Source: Acidobacteriota bacterium (GTDB lineage Bacteria; Acidobacteriota; Terriglobia; Bryobacterales; UBA6623). Taken from it: DNA of 64,000 bases. The stretch spans positions 253,231-317,230 of the forward strand of contig WGMB01000002.1 of assembly GCA_016125275.1 (NCBI GenBank). Direction: 5' to 3'. The position numbers and the translations under genes were made by a program. Below the pieces are notes generated by a model. The model worked only from the letters and a program-made list of their open reading frames with translations, did no database searches and was not told the origin of the DNA. Each line of letters opens with the position of its first letter. Positions within the stretch are counted from its first letter, which is position 1. Of the stretch, positions 8,179-16,276 are shown one piece after another.

Positions 8179-8564
8179 CGACTCTCGACAGGGGCGTGAA
8201 GCGGGACCGGCGGTACGAGCTGCGGGGGCATCCGCAGGTGGCCGGGCCGGACGCCGCATTGGCGGCGATGGTCGAGGACGACGTGGAGGAGCCCAAGGCC
8301 GGGCCGGAGGGCTTGGCGGAGCTGCTGGGCGGAACGGCGGTGCGCTACGGCGGGCCGGCGACGGGGGCGCTGTACACGCGCGAGCAGGTGATGGCGCTGC
8401 TGCGGGTGGCGGCGCGGCGGGCGGCGCGGCAGGCGGCGCTCGAGATGGCGACGGCGGCGGAGACGCTGCTGCCGCGGAATGCGACGACGCGCGAGTTCGC
8501 GCGGCGCGCGCGAGAGGCGTCCGGCTCGATCGTCGAGCGCACGGACGTCAGCGTTTGGGGGTGA
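8175..8564 (+). CDS. Hypothetical early protein, 129 aa
   Basis: GTG at 8175 overlaps the transposase stop (GTGA). The downstream part of ORF 7500..8564 is protein-like. Confidence 0.45.
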   Translation: MTTLDRGVKRDRRYELRGHPQVAGPDAALAAMVEDDVEEPKAGPEGLAELLGGTAVRYGGPATGALYTREQVMALLRVAARRAARQAALEMATAAETLLPRNATTREFARRAREASGSIVERTDVSVWG

Positions 8565-8597
8565 GGCGGCCGGGCTGGGGTCCGGAGCCGAGGAGGA

Positions 8598-8855
8598 GTG
8601 GCTGTGGCTATGGCTGTGGAGTGGAAGCAGGACGAATGGGGGATGACGGCGATCGTCGGCGAGTGGCTGACGTTGGCCGCGAATCGGGCCCGGAAGGAGG
8701 GCGAGACGGGCTGGACGGCGTTCGTGGACGGCATGCCGGTGGGCGGCCGGGACCAGGTGCGCTTCGACAACGCCGACGACGCGATGCACGCGGCGGAGAA
8801 GGAGGCGCGGGAGCGCTGCCGGCGGGCGCTGGAGGAGCTGGGGGTGCGGGAATGA
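8598..8855 (+). CDS. Hypothetical early protein, 85 aa
   Basis: ORF with balanced composition. Its stop overlaps the next start (ATGA). Confidence 0.5.
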   Translation: MAVAMAVEWKQDEWGMTAIVGEWLTLAANRARKEGETGWTAFVDGMPVGGRDQVRFDNADDAMHAAEKEARERCRRALEELGVRE

Positions 8856-9142
8856 GCGGCTGGTTTCGGATCGGCAAGCCGGGCGAGGACTGGCTGGCGC
8901 ACGTCCACGCTCGCGGCAAGACTTCGCAGTACTGCGTCTGCGTCTCTCCGCGTTTCCCGGAGGACAAGGCCGAATATGGGCCCGCGTGCGGCCGGATGGT
9001 TGTGGCGCTGTGCGACGCCACGGGCTGCGACGCGCCGATGTGCGAGCTGCACCGGACGAAGGACCCGGTGCTGCCGAACACGGACTTCTGCCCGAAGCAC
9101 AAGGAGATCGCCGAGCGGCGGGAGCAGGGGGTGCGGGGATGA
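8852..9142 (+). CDS. Cys-rich hypothetical protein, 96 aa
   Basis: ATG at 8852 within ORF 8555..9142. Multiple Cys (CVCV, CDATGCDAPMC, FCPKH). ATGA-coupled on both sides. Confidence 0.5.
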   Translation: MSGWFRIGKPGEDWLAHVHARGKTSQYCVCVSPRFPEDKAEYGPACGRMVVALCDATGCDAPMCELHRTKDPVLPNTDFCPKHKEIAERREQGVRG

Positions 9143-9555
9143 TCCTGGCAAACCCAACGTTGAAAGAGATCCGCGCGGCGGTGGAGGCGATTACGTCGGA
9201 ATGGACCGCCGAGGCCAGTCGGCCGAGGTCGGCGAACGGAATGGACCTACTGCAGTCGGTGCCGTTCGAGCCGATTCTGGCGGAGACGCAGGCGCTCTGG
9301 GAGCGCATGAGCGGCACCCGGGAGAAGCGGACGCTGGACGTGATCGTGGGGCTCCAGTGGGGGCTTTGCATCGGGGCGACGATCCAGGCTTCGCGGATGA
9401 CGGCGGAGGCGTTCGGCGGCGACGCCGGGCTGGAAGCCGAGGCCTCGGCCGAGACGCCCTGTGCGGAGTGCGAGGGGAGCGGCCGGGCTTGGTGGCTGGG
9501 GCTGATCAGGACGCGCTGCGGGGCGTGCGGCGGCCGGGGGGTGCGGCGTGGCTGA
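9139..9555 (+). CDS. Hypothetical protein with DnaJ-type zinc-finger repeats, 138 aa
   Basis: The C-terminus CAECEGSG...CGACGGRG gives two CxxCxGxG motifs. ATG at 9139 overlaps the previous stop. Confidence 0.5.
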   Translation: MILANPTLKEIRAAVEAITSEWTAEASRPRSANGMDLLQSVPFEPILAETQALWERMSGTREKRTLDVIVGLQWGLCIGATIQASRMTAEAFGGDAGLEAEASAETPCAECEGSGRAWWLGLIRTRCGACGGRGVRRG

Positions 9556-10552
9556 GCTGCTTTCGGGACAGGCGCTGCTGGAGCGGCTGCGGGCGGCGAT
9601 GGAGGCGCACGGGTGGACCGCCTTCGACGTACACCTGCGGCGGCCGACGATGAGCCGGCAACTGGTGGAGAGCGTGCTGGCTGGGCGGCGGACCGGGGAC
9701 ACCGAGTTCGTGCGGCAGGAGCTGACGGAGTTTCTGGCGCAGGTGGAGACGGGCCGCTGGGACGCGCCGGCGGGCGGCGAGGTGGTGGACATCCGGGACG
9801 CGCGGCGGGGCCGCAGCCGGCGGCGGGCGCAGCCGAAGACGCACTACGAGACGCAGCTCGTGCAGGACGTGCGGCGGGCGCTGGAGTTCGCGGCGACAAG
9901 GGCGCAGATCGTGCTGGTGACCGGCTCGTACGGGCTGGGCAAGACGCACACGATCGAGCGCTGGATGCTGGAGCGGGGCCGGGAGGAACCGGCGTTCTGC
10001 TTCCGCTTCCACTCGGCGAACCAGACGCACCGGCATGTGTTCATCGAGCAGCTCGCGGCGCGGCTGGGGGTGGAGACGCCGCCGGTGGTGAGCGCGCAGA
10101 CGGCGGCGGTGGCCTACGACCGCGTGGTGGAGTTTCTGCGCGAGCAGCCGGCGCTGCTGATCTTCGACCAGTGCGAGGTAGTGCGGCTGGCGCTGCTGCA
10201 GACCATTCGCGACATCTGGGACGACACGCGCGAGGCGGGCGTGGGCATGGCGCTGTTCGCCTCCGAGGAGCTCTACCTGCGGCTGACGCGCAGCCGCGCC
10301 GGGGCGCTGGGGGCGCTGACGAGCCGGATCTCCGGGCACTTCCTGCTGCGCGGTCTGGACGCCGGCGAGCTGCGCGCGATCGCGCAGGCCGAGGGCGTGG
10401 AGATCGACGAGGCGACGGCGCAGACCTGGAGCACCCTGGCGGGCGGGTCGATGCGGCGGTTTTTGGAGACGTTGGAGCTGCTGAAGGCGGCGCACGGCGG
10501 GCGCGCGGTGACGCCGAAGACGGTCGAGGGGCTGTTCGCGATGCAGATCTGA
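9548..10552 (+). CDS. MuB-like AAA+ transposition ATPase
   Basis: Walker A VTGSYGLGKTH, Walker B LLIFDQCE, N-terminal HTH-like segment. 334 aa, lying downstream of the transposase. Confidence 0.75.
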   Translation: MAELLSGQALLERLRAAMEAHGWTAFDVHLRRPTMSRQLVESVLAGRRTGDTEFVRQELTEFLAQVETGRWDAPAGGEVVDIRDARRGRSRRRAQPKTHYETQLVQDVRRALEFAATRAQIVLVTGSYGLGKTHTIERWMLERGREEPAFCFRFHSANQTHRHVFIEQLAARLGVETPPVVSAQTAAVAYDRVVEFLREQPALLIFDQCEVVRLALLQTIRDIWDDTREAGVGMALFASEELYLRLTRSRAGALGALTSRISGHFLLRGLDAGELRAIAQAEGVEIDEATAQTWSTLAGGSMRRFLETLELLKAAHGGRAVTPKTVEGLFAMQI

Positions 10553-10559
10553 GGCAAGT

Positions 10560-10594
10560 CAGTGAGCAGTGAGCAGTGAGCGGTGAGCAGTGGT
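10560..10594 (+). repeat. Heptamer tandem array copy 3: CAGTGAG x3, CGGTGAG, CAGTGGT
   Basis: Lies between the MuB-like stop (10552) and the GGGAGG Shine-Dalgarno sequence of the Gam-like gene. Confidence 0.9.
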
Positions 10595-10609
10595 TTTGGG
10601 AGGTGCGGA

Positions 10610-11089
10610 GTGAGGATCACGACGGAAGTGGAAGCGGCCGCGGCGATGCGGGCCTTGCGGGGCGCGGAAGCCGCGACGGTGGCGGCCGAGGCGGCCTATC
10701 GGCGGCGGATGGCGGCGGCGGAGGAGAAGGCGGCGGCCAGGCGGGACGCGGTGGTGAAGCCGCTCGAGGGGGAGGTCGTGGAGCTTTTCGCGGCGCTCCA
10801 GGAGTGGGCGAAGCGGGCGCGGGCGGGCTGGGGCGACAAGAAGTCGATCGACCTGGCCGGCGGGAAGGTGGGGTTCCGGAAGGGCTCCGACAAGCTCGAG
10901 ATTGTGCACGACAAGGCCGGCGAGCTCGTGCTCGAGAAGTTCGGCGCGGACTACGCGGTGACCACGGTGGCTCCGAAGATCGCGGAGATCAAGCGGTTGG
11001 AGCTGGGCGACGCGGAGCTGGCGCAGATCGGGCTGAAGCGGACGGCGGGCAAGGAGAAGTTCTTCGTGGAGACGGGGGGTGCGAAGTGA
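10610..11089 (+). CDS. Mu Gam-like host-nuclease inhibitor
   Basis: An N-terminal coiled coil followed by ...LQEWAKRARAGWGDKKSIDLAGGKVGFRKG...IEIVHDKAGELV resembles the Phage_Mu_Gam layout. GTG at 10610 lies 6 nt after GGGAGG. Confidence 0.6.
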   Translation: MRITTEVEAAAAMRALRGAEAATVAAEAAYRRRMAAAEEKAAARRDAVVKPLEGEVVELFAALQEWAKRARAGWGDKKSIDLAGGKVGFRKGSDKLEIVHDKAGELVLEKFGADYAVTTVAPKIAEIKRLELGDAELAQIGLKRTAGKEKFFVETGGAK

Positions 11090-11286
11090 TGCAGGGCGGC
11101 GAAGAGCTGACGGTTCCCGGGCCGGTGGAGGTTCGGGGCGAGGACGGCTGGGAGCCGGGCCGGGTGGAACAGCGCGAGGGCAAGGGATTCTGGGTGGAGC
11201 TGGAGCGGCGCGGGCGGGAGGGGTTCCGGATCGTGCGGCTGGTGCAGCGCGCGGACTTGCGGCCGGTGGGCCAGGAGGCGGCTTAG
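11089..11286 (+). CDS. Hypothetical early protein, 65 aa
   Basis: ATG overlaps the Gam-like stop (TGATG). Protein-like sequence MQGGEELTVPGPVEVRGEDGW... Confidence 0.4.
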   Translation: MQGGEELTVPGPVEVRGEDGWEPGRVEQREGKGFWVELERRGREGFRIVRLVQRADLRPVGQEAA

Positions 11287-11288
11287 CG

Positions 11289-11591
11289 ATGCGGACCAAC
11301 TGGGGATACCACCAGAAGAGCTGCTTGAGCTGCGGGAAGCTCTTCCGCTTCCTGCTGATCGCGCGGCACGGGCGGGAGGGCGTGAGCCATACCGGGCCGG
11401 GCGGGTGCCATCGGCTGGGCGTGTTGGCCGGCGCGGTGCAGACGCTGATGGCGGAGTTCGAGGCGGGGCTGCAGGAGGGGCAGCCGCAGGACGGGCGGGA
11501 GCCCTTTGACGGGCGGTTCTGGGAAGGCGAGGCGGCGCCGGTTCCGCCGGTCGCGGAGCAGCACCAAGAGGAGGTGGCGGGCGATGCATAG
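11289..11591 (+). CDS. Hypothetical Cys-containing protein, 100 aa
   Basis: ATG at 11289 within ORF 11079..11591. Contains CLSCGK...GGCH. Confidence 0.4.
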   Translation: MRTNWGYHQKSCLSCGKLFRFLLIARHGREGVSHTGPGGCHRLGVLAGAVQTLMAEFEAGLQEGQPQDGREPFDGRFWEGEAAPVPPVAEQHQEEVAGDA

Positions 11592-12135
11592 GTGCTTGGG
11601 ATGTGGGGAGCCGGTCGTGCTCGACGAGTCCGTGCTGCTCGAGCGCGGGCGGGTGTGCCGGGAGTGCGTGCAGCGGGTGTGCCTGGGCGCATCGAAGGCG
11701 CTGCAGCGGCCGGCGATGGACGCCGGCGGGCTGGCGGGGGCTTTTCGGCGGCTGCAGAGGGACGGCGTGTTACGGACGCTGGGAGCGCTGGTCCTGCTGG
11801 CTCTGCTGCCGCTGGGGTTGGCGGCGCAAGGGTTACCGGCGCAAGAGCCGGCGGATGGTTTGGCGGGGATCGTCTATGCGCCGCCGACGTTCGGCATCGC
11901 CGTGTCCGAAAGCTGCGATGGAATCTGCGAGGCTCCGCTCGTCGAGTGGGCGCAGGGAACGCGGACGATCCGCATCACGCCGACGGCCTTGCGGATGAAG
12001 ATCCAGGTCGCCGAGTCAATCAACAACCTGGCCGTTCTCTATGAGATCGAGCCGTACTACGACGAGCTGGGGCGGCTGGCGTTGCGGCTGCGGGAGGTCC
12101 AACCGGGCGAGCCGGAAGGCGGGCTGCTGCCGTGA
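11584..12135 (+). CDS. Zinc-ribbon + transmembrane hypothetical protein, 183 aa
   Basis: MHRCLGCGE...CRECV, followed by a hydrophobic segment LGALVLLALLPLGLAA. ATG at 11584 is in the frame of ORF 11506..12135. Confidence 0.5.
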   Translation: MHRCLGCGEPVVLDESVLLERGRVCRECVQRVCLGASKALQRPAMDAGGLAGAFRRLQRDGVLRTLGALVLLALLPLGLAAQGLPAQEPADGLAGIVYAPPTFGIAVSESCDGICEAPLVEWAQGTRTIRITPTALRMKIQVAESINNLAVLYEIEPYYDELGRLALRLREVQPGEPEGGLLP

Positions 12136-12566
12136 AAGAGGACCGCGTTTTTCGGAACGAGGAACCGCCGCCGCTGTTTCGGGCGGAGCAGGGTCCGGCG
12201 CGGCTGCCGCTGAGCGGGGCCGAGGGCGCGGTGGGCATGATTCTGCGGCGGCATAGGGGGCGGATGAACCCGGTGTCGCGGCGGGCGATCGAGAAGGCGA
12301 CGGGCTTGTCAGAGCGCGACGTGAAGGCGGCGATCGCGTCGCTGGCCGCGGACCATGACTGGCGGATCGGGCGGCTGCGGGGGAGTCCGGGCGGCTACTT
12401 CATCGTGGAGACGCAAGAGGACGCCGAGGCGGCCTGGACGGGCTACGAGCGGCAGATGGTGACGATGGCGCGGCGGTTGCGGGCGGCGCTGCCGCGGGCG
12501 CGGCGGCTGGAGTTTGCGGGGCAGTTGCGGGTGGCGCTGCTGGAGGAGGGCGAGAGCGATGCGTAA
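12132..12566 (+). CDS. Hypothetical protein, possible winged-helix, 144 aa
   Basis: ORF with the segment VSRRAIEKATGLSERDVKAAIASLAADHDWRIG (HTH-like). Coupled to both neighbours. Confidence 0.45.
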   Translation: MKEDRVFRNEEPPPLFRAEQGPARLPLSGAEGAVGMILRRHRGRMNPVSRRAIEKATGLSERDVKAAIASLAADHDWRIGRLRGSPGGYFIVETQEDAEAAWTGYERQMVTMARRLRAALPRARRLEFAGQLRVALLEEGESDA

Positions 12567-12660
12567 GCGCGGCCGGGAGTGGGCGGTGGCGGCGGCGGTG
12601 GCTTGGCCGTTGCTGCTGGTGTTGGCGTTCGAGGCATGGATGTTGCTGCGGGAGTGGTGA
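12559..12660 (+). CDS. Small membrane peptide, 33 aa
   Basis: ATG overlaps the previous stop. Sequence MRKRGREWAVAAAVAWPLLLVLAFEAWMLLREW has one TM segment. It falls below the ORF-track cutoff. Confidence 0.3.
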   Translation: MRKRGREWAVAAAVAWPLLLVLAFEAWMLLREW

Positions 12661-12673
12661 GGGGAGGCAGGCG

Positions 12674-12931
12674 ATGAGGGGGTACGGGCGGAGTTGGCGG
12701 AGGGATCGGAAGCGAGCGCGGCTGCGGGATGAGCGGCAGGGTAAGGCCGCGCTGGCGGCGGCGCGGCGCAGGCGCAAGGTGATCGCGAGGAAGCGCAAGC
12801 GGGAGGCGGAACGGGCGTGGTTCCTGGTCTTCTTCCAGTGGTTGCGGTGGGAGAAGGGGCTGCGGTGCACGCCGACCCTCCGGGATGGCGTGGTCGTGCG
12901 GAACCTCGACGGCCTCGAGGAGCGGGGCTGA
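12674..12931 (+). CDS. Highly basic hypothetical protein, 85 aa
   Basis: ORF in the track. Arg/Lys-rich N-terminal half. The stop overlaps the next ATG. Confidence 0.35.
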   Translation: MRGYGRSWRRDRKRARLRDERQGKAALAAARRRRKVIARKRKREAERAWFLVFFQWLRWEKGLRCTPTLRDGVVVRNLDGLEERG

Positions 12932-13281
12932 TGCCGAACCTCGGCGGGATGGAGCGGCTTTCGATGGAGGAGGCGCGCACCGCGGGGCGGCGGGCGCGGC
13001 GGATGGGCTGGCGGCGGGCGGACTGTCCTTTGCGGGGCTCGGAGCGCCGGCGGGCGTGGAAGCTCGGCTGGGACGAGGAGGACGCGGATGTCTCGGGGCG
13101 AGTGGCGGGAGACGGAGTGCGGCAAGAAGCAGGCGTACACGAGCTGGGCGGAGGCCAATCGGGTGCTGCGGGCGATGCTGCGGCGAGGGCAGCGGGCGCT
13201 GGGGATGTATCGCTGCCGGTGGTGCAGGGGATGGCACATCGGGCATCAGGTGCTGCGGGACAAGGGGGTGCGGAGAGATGA
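12931..13281 (+). CDS. Hypothetical protein with Rmf-like motif (3' extent uncertain)
   Basis: ARTAGRRARRMGWRRADCPL...RRAWKLGWDEE resembles the ribosome-modulation-factor motif. The tail is low-complexity and overlaps ORF 13088..13312. The stop forms ATGA with the 13278 start. Confidence 0.3.
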   Translation: MPNLGGMERLSMEEARTAGRRARRMGWRRADCPLRGSERRRAWKLGWDEEDADVSGRVAGDGVRQEAGVHELGGGQSGAAGDAAARAAGAGDVSLPVVQGMAHRASGAAGQGGAER

Positions 13282-13312
13282 GCGCGCTAGGAACCGTCGA
13301 GCAATGGACTGA
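13088..13312 (+). CDS. Small zinc-ribbon phage protein, 74 aa
   Basis: ...CGKKQAYTSWAEANRVLRAMLRRG...MYRCRWCRGWHIGH is a small-phage-protein pattern I recognise by eye. It overlaps its neighbours in other frames. Confidence 0.45.
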   Translation: MSRGEWRETECGKKQAYTSWAEANRVLRAMLRRGQRALGMYRCRWCRGWHIGHQVLRDKGVRRDERARNRRAMD

Positions 13313-13637
13313 TTCCTTGGGTCGGCCCTCGCTACGCCGGCTCGACGGTACGACTGAGTGCCCGGAGTGCGGCAAGGAGGTCCAGCTCTGGGCGGAGACC
13401 GTCGAGTGGACCGAAGACGGGAAACCCTCGGACTACGGCCCTCCGGAGGGCATCTGCTGTGGGCTTTTGCTCATGGATGACGGCGAGTTCCTGCAGTGCT
13501 TCGTACTGCCGGTGTTTGATGAGCGGTCCTGCCGGAAGTGCGGGTGCACGGACGATTGCGCTTGCCCGGGCGGCTGCTGGTGGGTGGGCGAGGACCTCTG
13601 CTCGGCCTGCGCGGGGGAGGCGCTGGACCTTGCCTGA
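13278..13637 (+). CDS. Cys-rich hypothetical protein, 119 aa
   Basis: ATG at 13278 in the frame of ORF 12885..13637. Contains CPECGK... and a C-terminal CRKCGCTDDCACPGGCWWVGEDLCSAC cluster. Confidence 0.5.
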   Translation: MSALGTVEQWTDSLGRPSLRRLDGTTECPECGKEVQLWAETVEWTEDGKPSDYGPPEGICCGLLLMDDGEFLQCFVLPVFDERSCRKCGCTDDCACPGGCWWVGEDLCSACAGEALDLA

Positions 13638-14082
13638 GTACGGCAGCCGTGACAAGGCCCTGCGGGGGCTCCACGCCGAAGCGCGGAAGCGCGGCCTGGA
13701 CCACGATGCGCTGCACGAGATCGCCCTCGAACGGTTCCAGCGGGGCTCGTTGCGGGACCTGAGCGTGGCGCAGATCCAGGGCTGGGCGAACGAGCTGCGC
13801 CAAGCGCAGGCGCCGCGGAGCGCGGCGAGCCGGAGGCGGCAAGGGACGGCCGGGCGCAAGACCGCGGGCAAGGCGGCCAAGGTCGTCGAGCTGGTCGGGG
13901 CGAAAGAGCTCGAGCTGATCGGGGGCTACGCCGAGGCGCTGGGCTGGGATCGGGCGCGGTTGGACGGCTTTATCCGCCGGCAGCTCGGCGAGCACGGCCG
14001 CGTGCGGACCGTGGGCGACGCGAACAAGGTGATCGACGGGCTGCGGGCGATGTATCGGAGGTCCGTGAACCGTGAACCGTGA
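13630..14082 (+). CDS. GemA (Mu gp16, DUF1018)-like protein
   Basis: LHAEARKRGLDHDALHEIALERFQRGSLRDLSVAQIQGW... and ...LDGFIRRQLGEHGRVRTVGDANKVIDGLRAMYRR match the GemA-type layout. The TTG start is assumed. Confidence 0.55.
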   Translation: MPEYGSRDKALRGLHAEARKRGLDHDALHEIALERFQRGSLRDLSVAQIQGWANELRQAQAPRSAASRRRQGTAGRKTAGKAAKVVELVGAKELELIGGYAEALGWDRARLDGFIRRQLGEHGRVRTVGDANKVIDGLRAMYRRSVNREP

Positions 14083-14104
14083 GCCGTGAACCGTGAGCCG
14101 GGGC
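14063..14104 (+). repeat. Heptamer tandem array copy 4: CCGTGAA CCGTGAA CCGTGAG CCGTGAA CCGTGAG CCGGGGC
   Basis: Begins inside the last codons of the GemA-like ORF and ends 30 nt before the next start. Confidence 0.9.
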
Positions 14105-14133
14105 GGCTGCGGAGTGGGAATAGGGGGTGCGCG

Positions 14134-14340
14134 ATGGCTCGGTTTTTCTGTGGGCGGTGCGGCAAGGAGTTGGGCGATTACGGCGGCTGTCCGCGCTGCG
14201 GCTCGGCGGCTCGACGGCTCCGGACGGCCGACGGGCGCGAGGTTTGGGGCGGCGCGCCGTGGTGGGCCGCCGCGGCGATCGCCGGCGTCCTGGGCTACCT
14301 GTGGGGCTGGAATGCGGCCGTTGGGAGCTGCGCGCTGTGA
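14134..14340 (+). CDS. Zinc-ribbon membrane protein, 68 aa
   Basis: MARFFCGRCGKELGDYGGCPRCGS..., followed by the hydrophobic stretch WWAAAAIAGVLGYLWGW. Confidence 0.5.
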   Translation: MARFFCGRCGKELGDYGGCPRCGSAARRLRTADGREVWGGAPWWAAAAIAGVLGYLWGWNAAVGSCAL

Positions 14341-14543
14341 TCCCCGCCGGTTCCTGGTTCGGGGGCTATCGGCGCTGCCTGTTCTGCGGCCAGGTGCTGG
14401 TTGTGGAGATCTGCCATGCGAAGGAGCCGCCGGACCGGGCGCCCGAGGTGGAGGAGTCCTGCGGATTGCCACACACGGCCGCTCGCTGCGAGGAAGCCGT
14501 GCGGCTCGGCGGCCGCGGCCGGCACTGGGAGGCGATGGCGTGA
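14337..14543 (+). CDS. Cys-containing hypothetical protein, 68 aa
   Basis: GTG overlaps the previous stop (GTGA). Contains RRCLFCGQ...CHAK. Confidence 0.35.
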   Translation: MIPAGSWFGGYRRCLFCGQVLVVEICHAKEPPDRAPEVEESCGLPHTAARCEEAVRLGGRGRHWEAMA

Positions 14544-14743
14544 CCGGCCAGCTCGACCTGTTTCCGCGGAAGCCGCTGACGGCGCAGCAGCGCCGGGAGC
14601 TGATTCGGGAGCGGCTGTACGGCTTGGACGTGCGCCAGCGGGCCCGGGATGCGCGGCGGCGGGAGCGGCAGGAGCGGCGCCGACGTCCGGAGCGCAGCGC
14701 GGATGGGCCCGCGCAGGCGAGCTTGTTCGGCGAGGAGCGGTGA
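14540..14743 (+). CDS. Hypothetical basic protein, 67 aa
   Basis: GTGA-coupled. Sequence VTGQLDLFPRKPLTAQQRRELIRERLYGL... Confidence 0.35.
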   Translation: MTGQLDLFPRKPLTAQQRRELIRERLYGLDVRQRARDARRRERQERRRRPERSADGPAQASLFGEER

Positions 14744-15033
14744 TGCGGGCGGCGATTTGGGAGCGGATTGCGGGGCGGCTGGAGGCCGGGGCGCGGCTGC
14801 GGGCCGAGCGGCGCGAGCTGGAGCGGGCGCGCGACCTACGGCGCGCATGGGTGGACGCGATGGTGCAGGCCGGGCGGCTGCTGCGCGCGGGACCGGCGGA
14901 GAGCGAGTGCGTGGCCTGGTACGGGCGGTTCGGCGACGCCGAGCGGAGGGCCAAGGCGGCGGGCGGCGTGGTGAGCCTGGGAACCGAGCGCGGCTACCTG
15001 GTTTGGCGGCGGCGATGTTCCGAGGCGCAGTAG
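14743..15033 (+). CDS. Hypothetical protein, 96 aa (last early/middle gene)
   Basis: ATG overlaps the previous stop. Helical, Arg-rich. Followed by the only long intergenic gap on the + strand. Confidence 0.4.
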   Translation: MRAAIWERIAGRLEAGARLRAERRELERARDLRRAWVDAMVQAGRLLRAGPAESECVAWYGRFGDAERRAKAAGGVVSLGTERGYLVWRRRCSEAQ

Positions 15034-15049
15034 TGGCGGGTGCTACGTG

Positions 15050-15076
15050 GCAAAACGGAGCGCGAGTTTTGCGTTT
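15050..15076 (+). terminator. Weak hairpin/terminator after the early operon
   Basis: GCAAAAC-N9-GTTTTGC followed by GTTT. A short A/U-rich stem only. Confidence 0.3.
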
Positions 15077-15279
15077 CGATCGCCGGAAACCGTTGAAATC
15101 GCAGGACTGAAAAAAAAGTTCGCGAAAAAGGTTGAGTCGCCTCAAGGAAAGGGTAGAGGGTGCCAAGTGGAGCGGGGCGGCCGACAGGAGCGAGCGCGGG
15201 CGGGCTCCCAAAACCCCCTAATTCCCACTCCGGGCCCGGCTGAGCGCCGTCCCCGGCCGGCCCGTTCCAGGAGATCACG

Positions 15280-15837
15280 ATGAAGCCTCTCGACAACATC
15301 CCGGGTAACTGGAAAGCCCCGATCGGGCCGTACCAGCAGGCGCCGGCGGAGTACGGCGGCCAGTGGTGGTACGTGAACCCCTTCACCGGCGCGGAGCCGT
15401 GGAAGGCGTTCGCGCCGCAGCCCGCGGTGGAGCTGCCCGAGGGCTTCCGGGAGATCTTCGGGGATCGGCCGCAGGCGAAGGACTACATCGGCCGGCCGCA
15501 GGAGCTGGCGACGGCGCGCGGGCAGTGGGACCAGGACTTGAAGTACTTCGTCCGGGCCGGGCTGCCGGAGTGGATCACGCCGCACGATCAGGCGGCCGCG
15601 GACCAGATCTTCGAGGCCTGGGACATGGGCGACGCCGCCTACTACGAGGGCCGCTACGGCTGGATGGCGCGGTTCCCGCAGTCCGACGTCCCGGACTTCG
15701 AGCTGGCGGCCTCGATGGTGGTGCGGTACCCGCACCAAGCGGTGGCGCTGTACCAGGTCGAGATGCTGCAGCACGGCGACACGCCGGGGCAGCGGCATCC
15801 GTTCACGCCGCCGCAGTTGTTCGAGACGGCGGAGTAA
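15280..15837 (+). CDS. Hypothetical protein, 185 aa, first late-operon gene
   Basis: Clean ORF after the 246-nt intergenic region. Trp/Pro-rich. No motif recognised. Confidence 0.55.
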   Translation: MKPLDNIPGNWKAPIGPYQQAPAEYGGQWWYVNPFTGAEPWKAFAPQPAVELPEGFREIFGDRPQAKDYIGRPQELATARGQWDQDLKYFVRAGLPEWITPHDQAAADQIFEAWDMGDAAYYEGRYGWMARFPQSDVPDFELAASMVVRYPHQAVALYQVEMLQHGDTPGQRHPFTPPQLFETAE

Positions 15838-15928
15838 AGGCCTTGATTTTGCGGCATTCCCCACAGCGCAACAACAGGCACGATGGGCGGCGTGCGTGCC
15901 GCCATGCCGGGGTAGGAGGGTCGGTCCG

Positions 15929-16276
15929 GTGACGGATACGGCCCTCCTGCTTGGCCTGGCTCGCGAGTCGGTGGGCGGCGTGTTGGCGCTGCTGATGTTG
16001 CTGATGGTGTGGCGTTGGCTGCCGCGGTTCCACGCAGCGTTCGAGCAGCACAACGCGAACTCGCAGCGCATGGCGGAGGCGGTGGAGATGTCCGCGGAGG
16101 CGGTCAAACAGAGCGTGCAGGCCGCCCAGCAGACAGCCGAGACGTCGGATTCCGTGCTGATTGCCGTGAGGGCGATGGGCGTGGAGACCGACAGCCAGGG
16201 TAAGCGGCTGGCGCGCATGGAGAACCTGCTCGCCGAGACATTGCGGCGGATGCCGTCGGGGGAGGAGGAGGCTTGA
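15929..16276 (+). CDS. Membrane-anchored coiled-coil protein, about 115 aa
   Basis: GTG at 15929 lies 9 nt after GGAGG. N-terminal TM segment ALLLGLARESVGGVLALLMLLMVW, followed by a helical region. Confidence 0.45.
   Translation: MTDTALLLGLARESVGGVLALLMLLMVWRWLPRFHAAFEQHNANSQRMAEAVEMSAEAVKQSVQAAQQTAETSDSVLIAVRAMGVETDSQGKRLARMENLLAETLRRMPSGEEEA

Noticed and set aside
7767-9899. Very long antisense ORFs, e.g. 7767..9899(-) 710 aa, 15142..17079(-), 19993..21924(-), 35275..37302(-), 40161..42419(-), 59062..61038(-), 52404..54059(-).
   Set aside because: Their translations are Arg/Pro/Ala/Gly-rich low-complexity strings lying opposite clearly recognisable genes (transposase, terminase, MuF, tail, TonB receptor, speA). 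They are typical high-G+C stop-codon-poor artefacts.
15047-15054. Internal GTGGCAAA copy (same 8-mer as the prophage end repeats), possibly an internal transposase site or enhancer.
   Set aside because: It is a single copy that forms the 5' arm of the small hairpin GCAAAAC-N9-GTTTTGC after the early operon. One chance occurrence of an 8-mer in 43 kb is plausible, and the flanking bases do not match the end-site context.
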